Numbered from the stretch's first letter, positions 1 to 8,100 are shown. The stretch is DNA of 9,034 nucleotides from Octopus sinensis (GCF_006345805.1 NW_021828196.1:1-9034), one strand, 5' to 3'. The notes: a model not told the origin generated them from the sequence alone. Translations and numbers: made by a program.

Positions 1-59
1 TTTATAGTCAGCGCCTGTTTCGTACATTCTGAGTAATATAACAGCTTTCTTTTCCTAAG

Positions 60-153
60 TTCCATATTGTTCGGGTGGTCGAAAGAAACCGGGTACGAGT
101 ATCACACACGTGGTGAGGACGCCAGGGAAATATGTCCTGAATATCAAGAACAG
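60..153 (+). other. Candidate internal coding exon (unverified)
   Basis: Pyrimidine tract CTTTCTTTTCCTAAG before 60. Open frame SILFGWSKETGYEYHTRGEDAREICPEYQEQ (61-153), then CAG|GTTAAT. More GC-rich than its flanks. The AAG acceptor is weak and the peptide is not recognised. Confidence 0.25.
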
Positions 154-241
154 GTTAATAGCCATTGTTTAAAGATTAAAATAAAACAAAATAGAAAGAA
201 GGAATTCTGTAATAACCGATAATTTCTGTTCCAACTTCAGT

Positions 242-395
242 ACACACACACAAGACGCACACACACACACCACACACACACACCACACACACACACACCA
301 CAACCACATATGTATGTATGTATGTAATGTATGTTATGTATGTATCTCTCTCTCTCTCTCTATATATATATTATTATTTTATATTTATATATATA

Positions 396-478
<83 letters not shown>

Positions 479-517
479 CATGTGCATATATATGTATATA
501 TGCATATATATATATAT
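242..517. repeat. Compound microsatellite (CA)n-(TATG)n-(TC)n-(TA)n
   Basis: Directly visible; explains ORFs 314..763, 318..569 and 331..540. Confidence 0.97.
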
Positions 518-613
518 CAACTTTTCCTTACCCGAATTAAATCTTACTCCTACTATAATCGAGTTCTAATATTTTTAGCACTGTTATATATACAATGCAC
601 ACCGCCACCATTT

Positions 614-690
614 CACACATACACACATACACACACACACACATACACACACACACATACACACACACGCACACATATACACATGCACAT
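614..690. repeat. Imperfect (CA)n/(CATA)n microsatellite
   Basis: Directly visible. Confidence 0.95.
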
Positions 691-1068
691 GGATACCCAA
701 ATATACAAGTACCGACATATTTGTATCTTAGAAGTTTCGTTCAAAGATAAAACTAAAGAATAAAAATGCCCCCCTCCAAAAACAAAAAAAAACGTAAAAA
801 TAAAAGAAATTCACTATAAAATTAAAAATCTAAACTCTCTCCAAATAGACCATTATCATTGAATATGATAATCTGCCAATATTTTATATTTATACTTCAA
901 ATCTATATACATGTGTACACTTTCGCATATACGGATATATTTAGACACACACACGCACATACAGGGATGCATAATTTTAGAATACATGTATTGATTTTAT
1001 TTTATATGTTAGGTTGGCATAGGACTGTAAGGGAGCCCAACTGTTCAGTGAAACTTCCCCTAGGATAT

Positions 1069-1141
1069 AACTGGTATTTATTGAATAACCGCCAGAAAGA
1101 CATATCGCAAAGTGACCTTCAGTTGTATTTAGAGATAGAAC
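1069..1141 (-). mobile_element. Highly degenerate SINE-B core fragment
   Basis: AACTGGTATTTATTGAATAACC...GCAAAGTGACCTTCAG...TTTAGAGATAGAAC aligns loosely by eye to AACTGGTACTTATTTAATCGACC...GCAAAGTCGACCTCGG...TTTGAACTCAGAAC at 3961-4033. Confidence 0.4.
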
Positions 1142-1230
1142 AAGGGGAATGGTAGGGATTTAAAGATGTATATTCTCGGCAATAATTCTGACATTCTACG
1201 TATTCGTTGACTGTATCACGTTTTCTAAAA

Positions 1231-1386
1231 TACAGGGTGTAAGCCGGGTATATGTCAACACAAATTTAGCGTGCCAGAAATGGAAGCCGACTTAACGTAA
1301 TGTTACGCGACACGCGCCAAATTCAGTCTTTTCTATTTCTGGCGAATCGACAAAACCAGCATGGCAGCTTTCTGCGCAGAAATTGT
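1231..1386 (+). mobile_element. Possible Tc1/mariner-type DNA transposon terminus (orphan)
   Basis: TA-CAGGGTG at 1231 resembles a mariner-type TIR start and is followed by CpG-rich sequence that ends at SINE-A. No matching inverted end was seen. Confidence 0.25.
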
Positions 1387-1387
1387 A

Positions 1388-1795
1388 ACTCTTTTTACTT
1401 CTTTTACTCTTTTACTTGTTTCAGTCATTTGACTGTAGCCATGCTGGAGCACCGCCATTTAGTCGAGCAAATCGATCCCCAGGACTTATTCTTTGTAAGC
1501 CTAGTACTTATTCTATCGGTCTTTTTTGCCGAACCGTTAAGTTACGGGGACGTAAACACACCACCATCGGTTGTCAAGCGATGTTGAGGGGACAAACACA
1601 AACACATAAACACACACACATACATATTTATATATACATATATACGACGGGCTTCTTTCAGTTTCCGTCTGCCAAACCCACTCACAAGGCTTTGGTCGGC
1701 CTGAGGCTATAGTAGAAGACACTTGCAGTGGGACTGAACCCTGTGCCATGTCGTTCGTAAGCAAGCTACTTACCATACAGCCACTCCTACGCCTA
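1388..1795 (-). mobile_element. tRNA-derived SINE type A (CORE-like, octopus OR-type), copy 1
   Basis: On the - strand: A box TGGCTGTATGG (1773-1783), B box GGTTCAGTCCC (1730-1740), internal (CA)/(TA) tract and (AAAGAGT)n-like tail. Collinear with 8206-8615. The family name is from recall. Confidence 0.9.
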
Positions 1796-1924
1796 CACTA
1801 ATCCTAGTCACTCTTTTATAAATAGTTATTTTTTAATTATTTTTTTCATTTGGTCTTTTTCCATTTTCTCGAAGAAATTTCCATACCTCTGTCGACCTCT
1901 TTTTGGACTATTTCTAATAAGTAG

Positions 1925-2750
1925 ATGAGGTGCTATTGCTATTATATGCTGTTTCCTGATTGTCTGCTACTGCTCCGGGTGACTCTCTTGTTTCTTGCCT
2001 GTTATGGCTGTGGTAGGGGTGTTCTTGTTCTTGTGTCTTATGATTGGCTCGCTGGCAATGAGAATGGAGCAATTTTAATTTCAGACATCCGAGTTGGTCC
2101 TCGTGTCGCTTTAGAAGCAGTGCTCTCCGTGATTTGTTATTGTTGCTCTACTTTTTTAGTTTTCATGTGTAAAAACCGCCAGATGACTTTTGCTGCTACT
2201 TGCACAGCAGCTACGTCACTTACCCTGCTTGCTGAGTTTTAACCTTTTCCTCTCGGTACCAACAACAGAACACATTTCTTGTATTGTTTTGTAATCTTGT
2301 GGAGTTGTGAGGACTTGCATGTCCATGGTGATCACACCCTACCGTATATCATCAAAAGTAACATCTGAACTGACCATCTGTCCTTATTTTACAAAGGAGG
2401 TGATTACTGACCACTGGACTGACATCGTCAGTAACATCCCCGACACTGATCCAGTTGCTCCCATTTCTCGAATACTGTGGGATCAGCTTATGGTGGGCAT
2501 GCCCCATTCGATTTAGTCCTGTCTCCTGTTTTAAGTTGACACTCATATATGATGTCATATATCCCCTCAATTTCCCTCAATAACGGCGATTTCACATAAA
2601 ATATTTTCCAGAATTGTTTTGAGGCCTTCCTTGGATGGATAAAGGACAATACTTCTAGCCTTGCAAAAGCGCAGGCAAGTTACGCTGCGGCCCTTTTCGC
2701 GTGTTCCTGTGAGGTACAAGACGTTGCTAAGTTTTCCTTCTTTCAGAAAA
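1925..2750 (-). pseudogene. Possible decayed LINE (L1/Tx1-like) ORF1 remnant
   Basis: Microsatellite-free block with a purine-rich - strand. Broken frames give IVLYPSKEG..., RTKSNGACPP*ADP..., LMIYGRV* and CDHHGH, then a hydrophilic stretch, loosely like an ORF1 with a zinc knuckle. There are many stops and shifts, and the resemblance is by eye only. Confidence 0.25.
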
Positions 2751-3002
2751 AAAAAATTGTTTGTTTGAAAGTATCTTTCTAAAAGGTAGCGTTTCGTATG
2801 TGCACGTATACTGTCATTGTTGTTGCTAAACATTTATTTATCATATTACAGTGCTAACGACGGATTCCGTAGTGTAAACAATCTGTCACGCTGCAGAAGG
2901 GTGGAGAGCTGAAACATCATGGGGTACAGAGGATTCGCAATCTAGACTAGGGTCTGAAAGTTTTACCACACCATAGTGGATTACACCATGGTTCCTCTGC
3001 TT

Positions 3003-3203
3003 TGTATCAGAAGTAGGAAGAAAGAGTGAGAGAAAGTTGTGGTGAAAGAGTACAGCGGGGCTCACCACTCTTCCCCACCGGAGCCTCGTGGAGCTTAGAT
3101 GTTTTTGCTCAATAAACACTCACAATGCCCCGTCTGGGAATCGAAACCGCGTTCTTACGACCGCGAGTCCGCTGCCCTAACCACTGGGCCATTGCGCCTC
3201 CAC
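3003..3203 (-). mobile_element. tRNA-derived SINE type C (5' part)
   Basis: - strand GGAGGCGCAATGGCCCAGTGGTTAGGGCAGCGGACTCGCGG...GGTTTCGATTCCC: A box 3181-3191, D-arm GCCC/GGGC, B box 3136-3148, then a non-tRNA body. The 3' limit is uncertain. Confidence 0.8.
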
Positions 3204-3283
3204 TGTTGCTGCTGTTGATGTCTTTGGTAGTGTTTCCTTTATTTCTGGCAATTCAGCTTCGATAAGAACAAAATTCCTGTGAT

Positions 3284-3320
3284 GTGTTGTAGTTATTGTT
3301 ATTGTTGTTGCTGTTGTTTA
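3284..3320. repeat. Imperfect (TTG/TTA)n microsatellite
   Basis: Directly visible. Confidence 0.8.
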
Positions 3321-3547
3321 TTGTCATAGTAACAGTGTGGTCCACTGCACTTGGAACTTGGTAAGAGCTCCCCTCCCCTTCCATTTGAGGGTAGAAGGTG
3401 GAGGGCTCCAACTTGCCATACACCTCACTATGAAAGCCACCATTTCTTTCCCCTTCCATGTCTTTTAGCTGCGTGGTCGACGCCATATTTGTTTATAAAA
3501 TTATTTTTTCCAGCAAAAATTTTCTTTTCAAAATTGAGCTCCCACAG

Positions 3548-3619
3548 GTGCAGATACAAACAAAGAAACCAAATCAAGGCAATGGCGGTGGTTTCAACAA
3601 GCGTTTTGTAGCGAAATAA
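3548..3619 (+). other. Candidate terminal coding exon (unverified)
   Basis: Acceptor-like TTTTCTTTTCAAAATTGAGCTCCCACAG|, frame VQIQTKKPNQGNGGGFNKRFVAK*, and AATAAA at 3615-3620 overlapping the stop. The peptide is not recognised. Confidence 0.25.
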
Positions 3620-3700
3620 AAGATTAACAACTTCCAGAGGAAAATATTTCAAACAAAAAATCCTTCGAGTGAAAAAAAAGGAGTTCAGCTCGCACGATTT

Positions 3701-4102
3701 ATAATCCTTTCTATAGAAGGCGTATGGCCTGAAATTTGGGGGAAGGGTGTTAGTTAATTACATTGACCCCAGTGTGTAACCGGTATTTATTTAATCGACT
3801 CTGAAAGAATAAAAGGCAAAGTCGGCCTCAGCGGAATTTGAACACAGAACGTAAAGACTGACAAAATACCTATTTCTTTACTACCCACAAGGGGCTAAAC
3901 ACAGAGAGGAAAAACAAGGACAGACAAACGGATTAAGTCGATTATATCGACCCCGTGCGTAACTGGTACTTATTTAATCGACCCCTAAAGGATGAAAGGC
4001 AAAGTCGACCTCGGCGGAATTTGAACTCAGAACGTAGCGGCAGACGAAATACCGCTAAGCATTTTGCCCGACTTGCTAACGATTTAGCCTGCCCGTCATC
4101 TT
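3701..4102 (-). mobile_element. SINE type B with an internal tail-2 module
   Basis: Head at 4054-4102; central GCCTTTCATCCTTTCGGGGTCGAT-type domain (Meta/Nin-like, from recall); tail-1 ending AGAAAGGATTAT at 3701. Homologous to the + strand copies at 5358-6153. The core is present twice. Confidence 0.88.
3871..4053 (-). mobile_element. Tail-2 SINE-B module nested in SINE-B
   Basis: TATTTCTTTACTACCCACAAGGGGCTAAACACAG...core...GAAATACC; near-identical to 6229-6412, 7579-7728 and 8968-9034. Confidence 0.85.
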
Positions 4103-4120
4103 AATAATAAGGATGATAAT

Positions 4121-4277
4121 AATTTCCTTTATTTGCCACAAGGGCGAATGATGAGGAAGACAATACAAAGACAGACATAAAGTGTAGAGGGTTTACATAA
4201 AATGAAATGATATAAAGAAAAAGAATATGTATACACGGTATACACTGAAACAGAAGGGACATGGGCATAGAAAGGTT
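4121..4277 (-). mobile_element. Diverged tail-2 homologue joined to non-SINE sequence (candidate LINE 3' UTR)
   Basis: TTTCCTTTATTTGCCACAAGGG...AAGACAATACAAAGACAGACA (4121-4180) resembles tail-2, and the - strand has AATAAA at its end. The adjoining 4181-4277 is not SINE core. Confidence 0.45.
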
Positions 4278-4298
4278 TAATAATAATAATGATAATAA

Positions 4299-4594
4299 CT
4301 TAACTCAGATACCAGGAAACCCAAAAAATGGCAGAAATTCAAAAGATAGTGCTCATGGGAACTGCTCATATCTTGCGTAAAATACTTTCTATGTAATCTC
4401 AAGTTTTAAAACAAACATAATTTTCGTATGGTTTTTTAAAGACATTCACTAGTACAACACTAAGTACAAAACCAAATATATGGCACCCTAGGCATAACAC
4501 CAACACGAACTTCCAGCCTGTTGTCTCTTGAGGTCTCTGGGTGAGACTTGGAGCCAACTTGTACAAATGTAAAGCAAAAGTCAAACATGGAATG

Positions 4595-4645
<51 letters not shown>
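4299..4645 (+). mobile_element. 5'-truncated Dong/R4-clade non-LTR retrotransposon: ORF C-terminus, 3' UTR and (AAT)n tail
   Basis: LTQIPGNPK(+1 nt)MAEIQKIVLMGTAHILRKILSM* (ATG 4328, stop 4394-4396) fits the IQK..L.GTA.ILR C-terminal motif of R4/Dong restriction-like endonuclease ORFs. AAT repeats lie on both sides (4279-4298, 4591-4645). Confidence 0.82.
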
Positions 4646-4646
<1 letters not shown>

Positions 4647-4739
4647 AGATAATAATAAATCTGGTTGTTATCCCTGCCATTGCAGTTTCTTTTTCATATA
4701 ATCAATGTCACCCTGATTACAAGCACGAGCAGCAAGAAA

Positions 4740-5067
4740 TCCTCCTCCTCCTCCTCCTCCTCCTCCTCATCATCATCATCATCGTCATCTTCGTCGTCGT
4801 TGTCGTCGTCTTCGCTACCATCGCTACCATCATCACTATCATCGTCGACACCGCCTTCGTTACTGACGTCTCCTCGTTTTTGTCATCGCCATCATCATCG
4901 TCATCATCACCTCCATCATCAATTCGATCGTCGTCACCACTATCAGCGACACCGCCACCATCAACTGTTATCGTTCTTGCCACCATCGCCGTCGCCACAA
5001 TCGCCGTCATCGCCATCATCATCGCCGTCGTCGTTATCAGACGTCTCTCCGTGTCGTCGTTATCGTG
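4740..5067. repeat. Cryptic trinucleotide low-complexity tract (TCC/TCA/TCG/GCC/ACC)
   Basis: Directly visible; produces the poly-S/L/I/V/H/D ORFs in all frames. Confidence 0.9.
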
Positions 5068-5357
5068 ATGTGTATTGAAATCATTGTGATATGTGAAAAG
5101 ACGTCAAAAACGGAAGAACACCATTTTATTTTTATTTGACATTTTGCTAATGGAGTCAAAAATTCTAACAATTTCAACAACAATAACAACAACAAAACCA
5201 TCACTGAAAGGCTCTTTACGGCAACATACGACCTACAAGAAATAGCAGTCAAACGTCCATCGAATAATGCAGTTCTTCAATAATGATGACCAAAAATTTC
5301 CGTAAAAGTTATTAGACCTCATACAGTAGTTTTTATTATGACTATTGCAGAAAGATT

Positions 5358-5577
5358 AAGGCGGCAAACTGGTAGAATCTTTAATACTCCGAACAAAATG
5401 TTTCGAGACATTTCTTCCGGCTTTACGTTCTGAGTTCAAATGCCTCTGGAGTTGACTTTGCCTTTCGTCTTTTAGGGGTCGATAAATGAAGTACCAGTGA
5501 AACACCGGGGGCCATGACATCGACTAGACACCTCCTCACAAGATTTCAGGCTTTGTGCCTGTAGTAGAAAGGATTAT
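5358..5577 (+). mobile_element. SINE type B, full length, diverged
   Basis: AAGGCGGC head, TGAGTTCAAAT B-box-like motif, GCCTTTCGTCTTTTAGGGGTCGATAAA core, tail GTAGAAAGGATT followed by ATT repeats. Confidence 0.85.
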
Positions 5578-5600
5578 AATAATTATTATTATTATTGTTG

Positions 5601-5731
5601 TTCCGCCGAGGTCGACATTGCCTTTCATCCTTTCGGGGTCGATAAATCAAGTACCAGTTGAGTACTGGGGTCGAGGTGATCGATTATTCCCCTCGTCACA
5701 AAATCCAGGCCTTGTGCCTATTGTAGAAAGG
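5601..5731 (+). mobile_element. SINE type B, 5'-truncated
   Basis: Starts at TTCCGCCGAGGTCGAC, contains the core and tail-1, and runs into (ATT)n. Confidence 0.87.
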
Positions 5732-5766
<35 letters not shown>

Positions 5767-5783
5767 CATCATCATCATCATCA

Positions 5784-5841
<58 letters not shown>

Positions 5842-5860
5842 CATTATTATTATTATTATC

Positions 5861-5928
<68 letters not shown>
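5732..5928. repeat. (ATT/ATC)n microsatellite, expanded SINE tail
   Basis: Directly visible; source of the poly-Ile ORFs. Confidence 0.97.
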
Positions 5929-5934
5929 CCTATG

Positions 5935-6153
5935 AAGGCGGCGAGTTGACAGCTTCATTTGCACGCTGGACAAAATGCTTCGTGGCATTTTATCTGATTT
6001 TAACGTCCCGCGTTCAAATTTCGTCGAGGTCGACTTTGTCTTTCATCCTTTTGGGGTCGATAAGATAAGTACCAGTGAAAAGCTATTGGTCGATGCAATC
6101 CACTAGCCCCGTCTCTGAAAACATCAGGTCTTGTGCCTTTAGTAGAAAGGATT
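5935..6153 (+). mobile_element. SINE type B, full length, diverged
   Basis: AAGGCGGCGAGTTG head through core to TAGTAGAAAGGATT. Confidence 0.85.
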
Positions 6154-6459
6154 GATTTATCGACCCCGAAAGGATGAAAGTCAATGTCGACTTCGATGGA
6201 ATTTGAACTTTGCGACAGACGAAATACCTATTTCTTTACTGCCCACAAGGGGCTACACACAGAGGGGACAAACAAGGACAGACACATGGATTAATTCGAT
6301 TATATCGACTCCAGTGCGTATCCGGTACTTAATTTATCGACCCCGAAAGGATGAAAGGTACTGTCGACCTCGGCGGAATTTGAACTCAGAACGTAAGGAC
6401 AGACAAAATACCGCTAAGCATTTCACTCGGCGTGCTAACGATACAGTCAGCTCGCCGCC

Positions 6460-6461
<2 letters not shown>
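6154..6461 (-). mobile_element. SINE type B (tail-1 missing) with an internal tail-2 module
   Basis: Head ...GCTCGCCGCCTT ends at 6461; host core at 6154-6228; abuts the + strand copy tail-to-tail. Confidence 0.85.
6229..6412 (-). mobile_element. Tail-2 SINE-B module nested in SINE-B
   Basis: Same AAATACC|TATTTC and AAATACC|GCTAAGC junctions as 3871-4053. Confidence 0.85.

Positions 6462-6523
<62 letters not shown>
6462..6523. repeat. (AAT)n microsatellite
   Basis: Directly visible, adjacent to the SINE-B head. Confidence 0.96.
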
Positions 6524-7219
6524 GTGTTTTTATTATGATTGTATTATACCAATACAAAACACTTACTGTAATTGACACGATATGTCTTGTGAGGCACAGA
6601 AACCTTAATAGCGTGAAAAAAAACAAGAAATATTTTTAATAGGATAAAATAATACATATATAAAAATAAACATATTTAATATAATCTTGTACAGATAGAA
6701 GGAAGCAGTAAAAATGTGAAGCTAAATGGCTGGAGTTAAGGAATTATTTGATGCAATCGTAAAATAAAATAGAGAAAATAAATTAAAAACCGATTAACAA
6801 AAAAGATGGCAGAAATAGCTCTTTTCTGGAGCACATATGTCCGTCGTATGGTTTTATCCGTAGGCGAAAAATTCATCAGATTAAAATAAATTGAAATATA
6901 TTTATTCAAACTTAACCTTATTTTTCCGATTCTCTTTCCGACATCATATCCACCGCTATCACCGCTACACCCAGAGATTATATAAAGGTGAAATAAAAAA
7001 AAATGTTGAAAATAAGTTATCTGTGGTAGGAACATACAGCAATTTGAATAGAAAAAAAACAACATTGGAATGGTTATAATAGAATTAATTTTTTTTTATC
7101 ATTGGCTCAATGTCGAAAGAGTGTATGTCGGCGGTAGGGGTGGAGGGATGGGGAATGTGTGAAGATAATTAAAATGATGGTCGTCATCATCTCCTTCTGC
7201 TGTTCTTTACTGCTGTATG

Positions 7220-7277
7220 TTTCAGCGAAACCGGAAGAATGAGAGGTAACGTCAACTTGGTGGAATTTGAACTCAAG
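7220..7277 (-). mobile_element. Degenerate SINE-B core fragment
   Basis: GAAGAATGAGAGGTAACGTCAACTTGGTGGAATTTGAACTCA versus GAAAGGATGAAAGGCAAAGTCGACCTCGGCGGAATTTGAACTCA. Confidence 0.6.
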
Positions 7278-7323
7278 ATACAAATAAATACTGTACTAAG
7301 ATTACCCCCAACACTAACTAGCG

Positions 7324-7400
7324 CTGTGGTTCTCAACGGGTGTCCATGTAAGATATTTTTGTTAAAATCTATGTACTATCAGTTGGTTGTACTTCCACAA
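7324..7400 (+). mobile_element. Possible hAT/Charlie-type MITE terminus (orphan)
   Basis: CTGTGGTTCTCAAC is one mismatch from the CAGTGGTTCTCAAC hAT TIR start; no partner TIR was seen. Confidence 0.4.
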
Positions 7401-7406
7401 TAAAGT

Positions 7407-7477
7407 AAAGACCCCCTTCGGTTATGAATGACTATGGGATTGAACCTAGAAAGTCACCCTCCGAGGCACAAGTCCGG
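7407..7477 (-). mobile_element. 3'-terminal fragment of another retroposon (SINE/LINE tail)
   Basis: AAAGACCCCCTTCGGTTATGAATGACTATGGGATTGAACCTAGAAAGTCACCCTCCGAGGCACAAGTCCGG resembles an abundant octopus retroposon 3' end as I recall it; single copy in this window. Confidence 0.45.
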
Positions 7478-7578
7478 CGGCGAAAAGTCTTTTTTTTTTC
7501 ACGAGAGTTCCGAACTCCAGTTATGAACTCATTTGCATACAGCCAGTCAGAGCTAAAACTATCAAACTAGTGTTCACC

Positions 7579-7728
7579 TATTTCTTTATTACCCACAAGG
7601 GGCTAAACACAGAGGCAACAAACAAGGACAGACATAGGTATTAAGTCGATTACATCGACCCCAGTTCGTAACTGGTACTTAATTTATCGACCCCGAAAGG
7701 ATGAAAGGCAAAGTCGACCTCGGCGGAA
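7579..7728 (-). mobile_element. Stand-alone 5'-truncated tail-2 module with target-site duplication
   Basis: AAACTAGTGTTCACCTA is identical at 7564-7580 and 7727-7743; the body matches 3871-4020. Confidence 0.92.
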
Positions 7729-8100
7729 ACTAGTGTTCACCTACTCATGAAAACACTCTGGTTGATTTCAGAAGAAAATGTGCGTTCCATCAAAATCTAA
7801 TTGTTCTAAACGTGTTGATAGGGGTCACAAATGTGAAATCTAGTGTATAATGTGAATGGAGAGCTGCTCACCGATGACGCCATAAGTATTGCCAACTTGC
7901 GTAATTTTTGAGTGATTTTGTACATTCCTAATCTAAAATGTTGGTGTTGATCTGGAAACATCGCAATCAATATGGCGTTGTGTCGTATTGCGCCCTCCTT
8001 GCATATATCATTGGGTACACGCAGTATCACTAATCTCAGTCTAAGTATAGGTACCTAATGTTAGCTCCGTATGGCGATGGTGCTCAATTGATCTATGAGG

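Noticed and set aside
1-136. Minus-strand frame with one in-frame TGA (SSPRV*YSYPVSFDHPNNMELR...) as a possible selenocysteine codon
   Set aside because: No known selenoprotein motif context and no evidence of a SECIS element.
314-763. ORFs rich in YI/HT dipeptides
   Set aside because: Translations of (TA)n and (CA)n microsatellites.
1416-1776. ORFs with homologues at 8337-8716 that look like a duplicated gene
   Set aside because: Both lie within SINE-A copies; the similarity is SINE homology and the frames are not preserved.
3130-3203. tRNA gene
   Set aside because: A and B boxes are present, but there is no proper acceptor or anticodon stem and it continues into a SINE body. The same applies to the SINE-A heads.
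4541-5078. 175-aa and 137-aa ORFs resembling membrane or Ser/His-rich proteins
   Set aside because: They run from the LINE 3' UTR through trinucleotide repeats, and the same tract is open in several frames on both strands.
5555-5988. Poly-Ile ORFs
   Set aside because: Translations of the (ATT)n tract.
3760-7728. CRISPR-like recurring repeat (ATCGACCCCGAAAGGATGAAAGG)
   Set aside because: Irregular spacing, both orientations, long homologous flanks, eukaryotic context and no cas genes: these are SINE cores.
7806-8030. 74-aa ORF or a Penelope GIY-YIG remnant on the - strand
   Set aside because: No convincing GIY-YIG motif in any frame and no recognisable domain.
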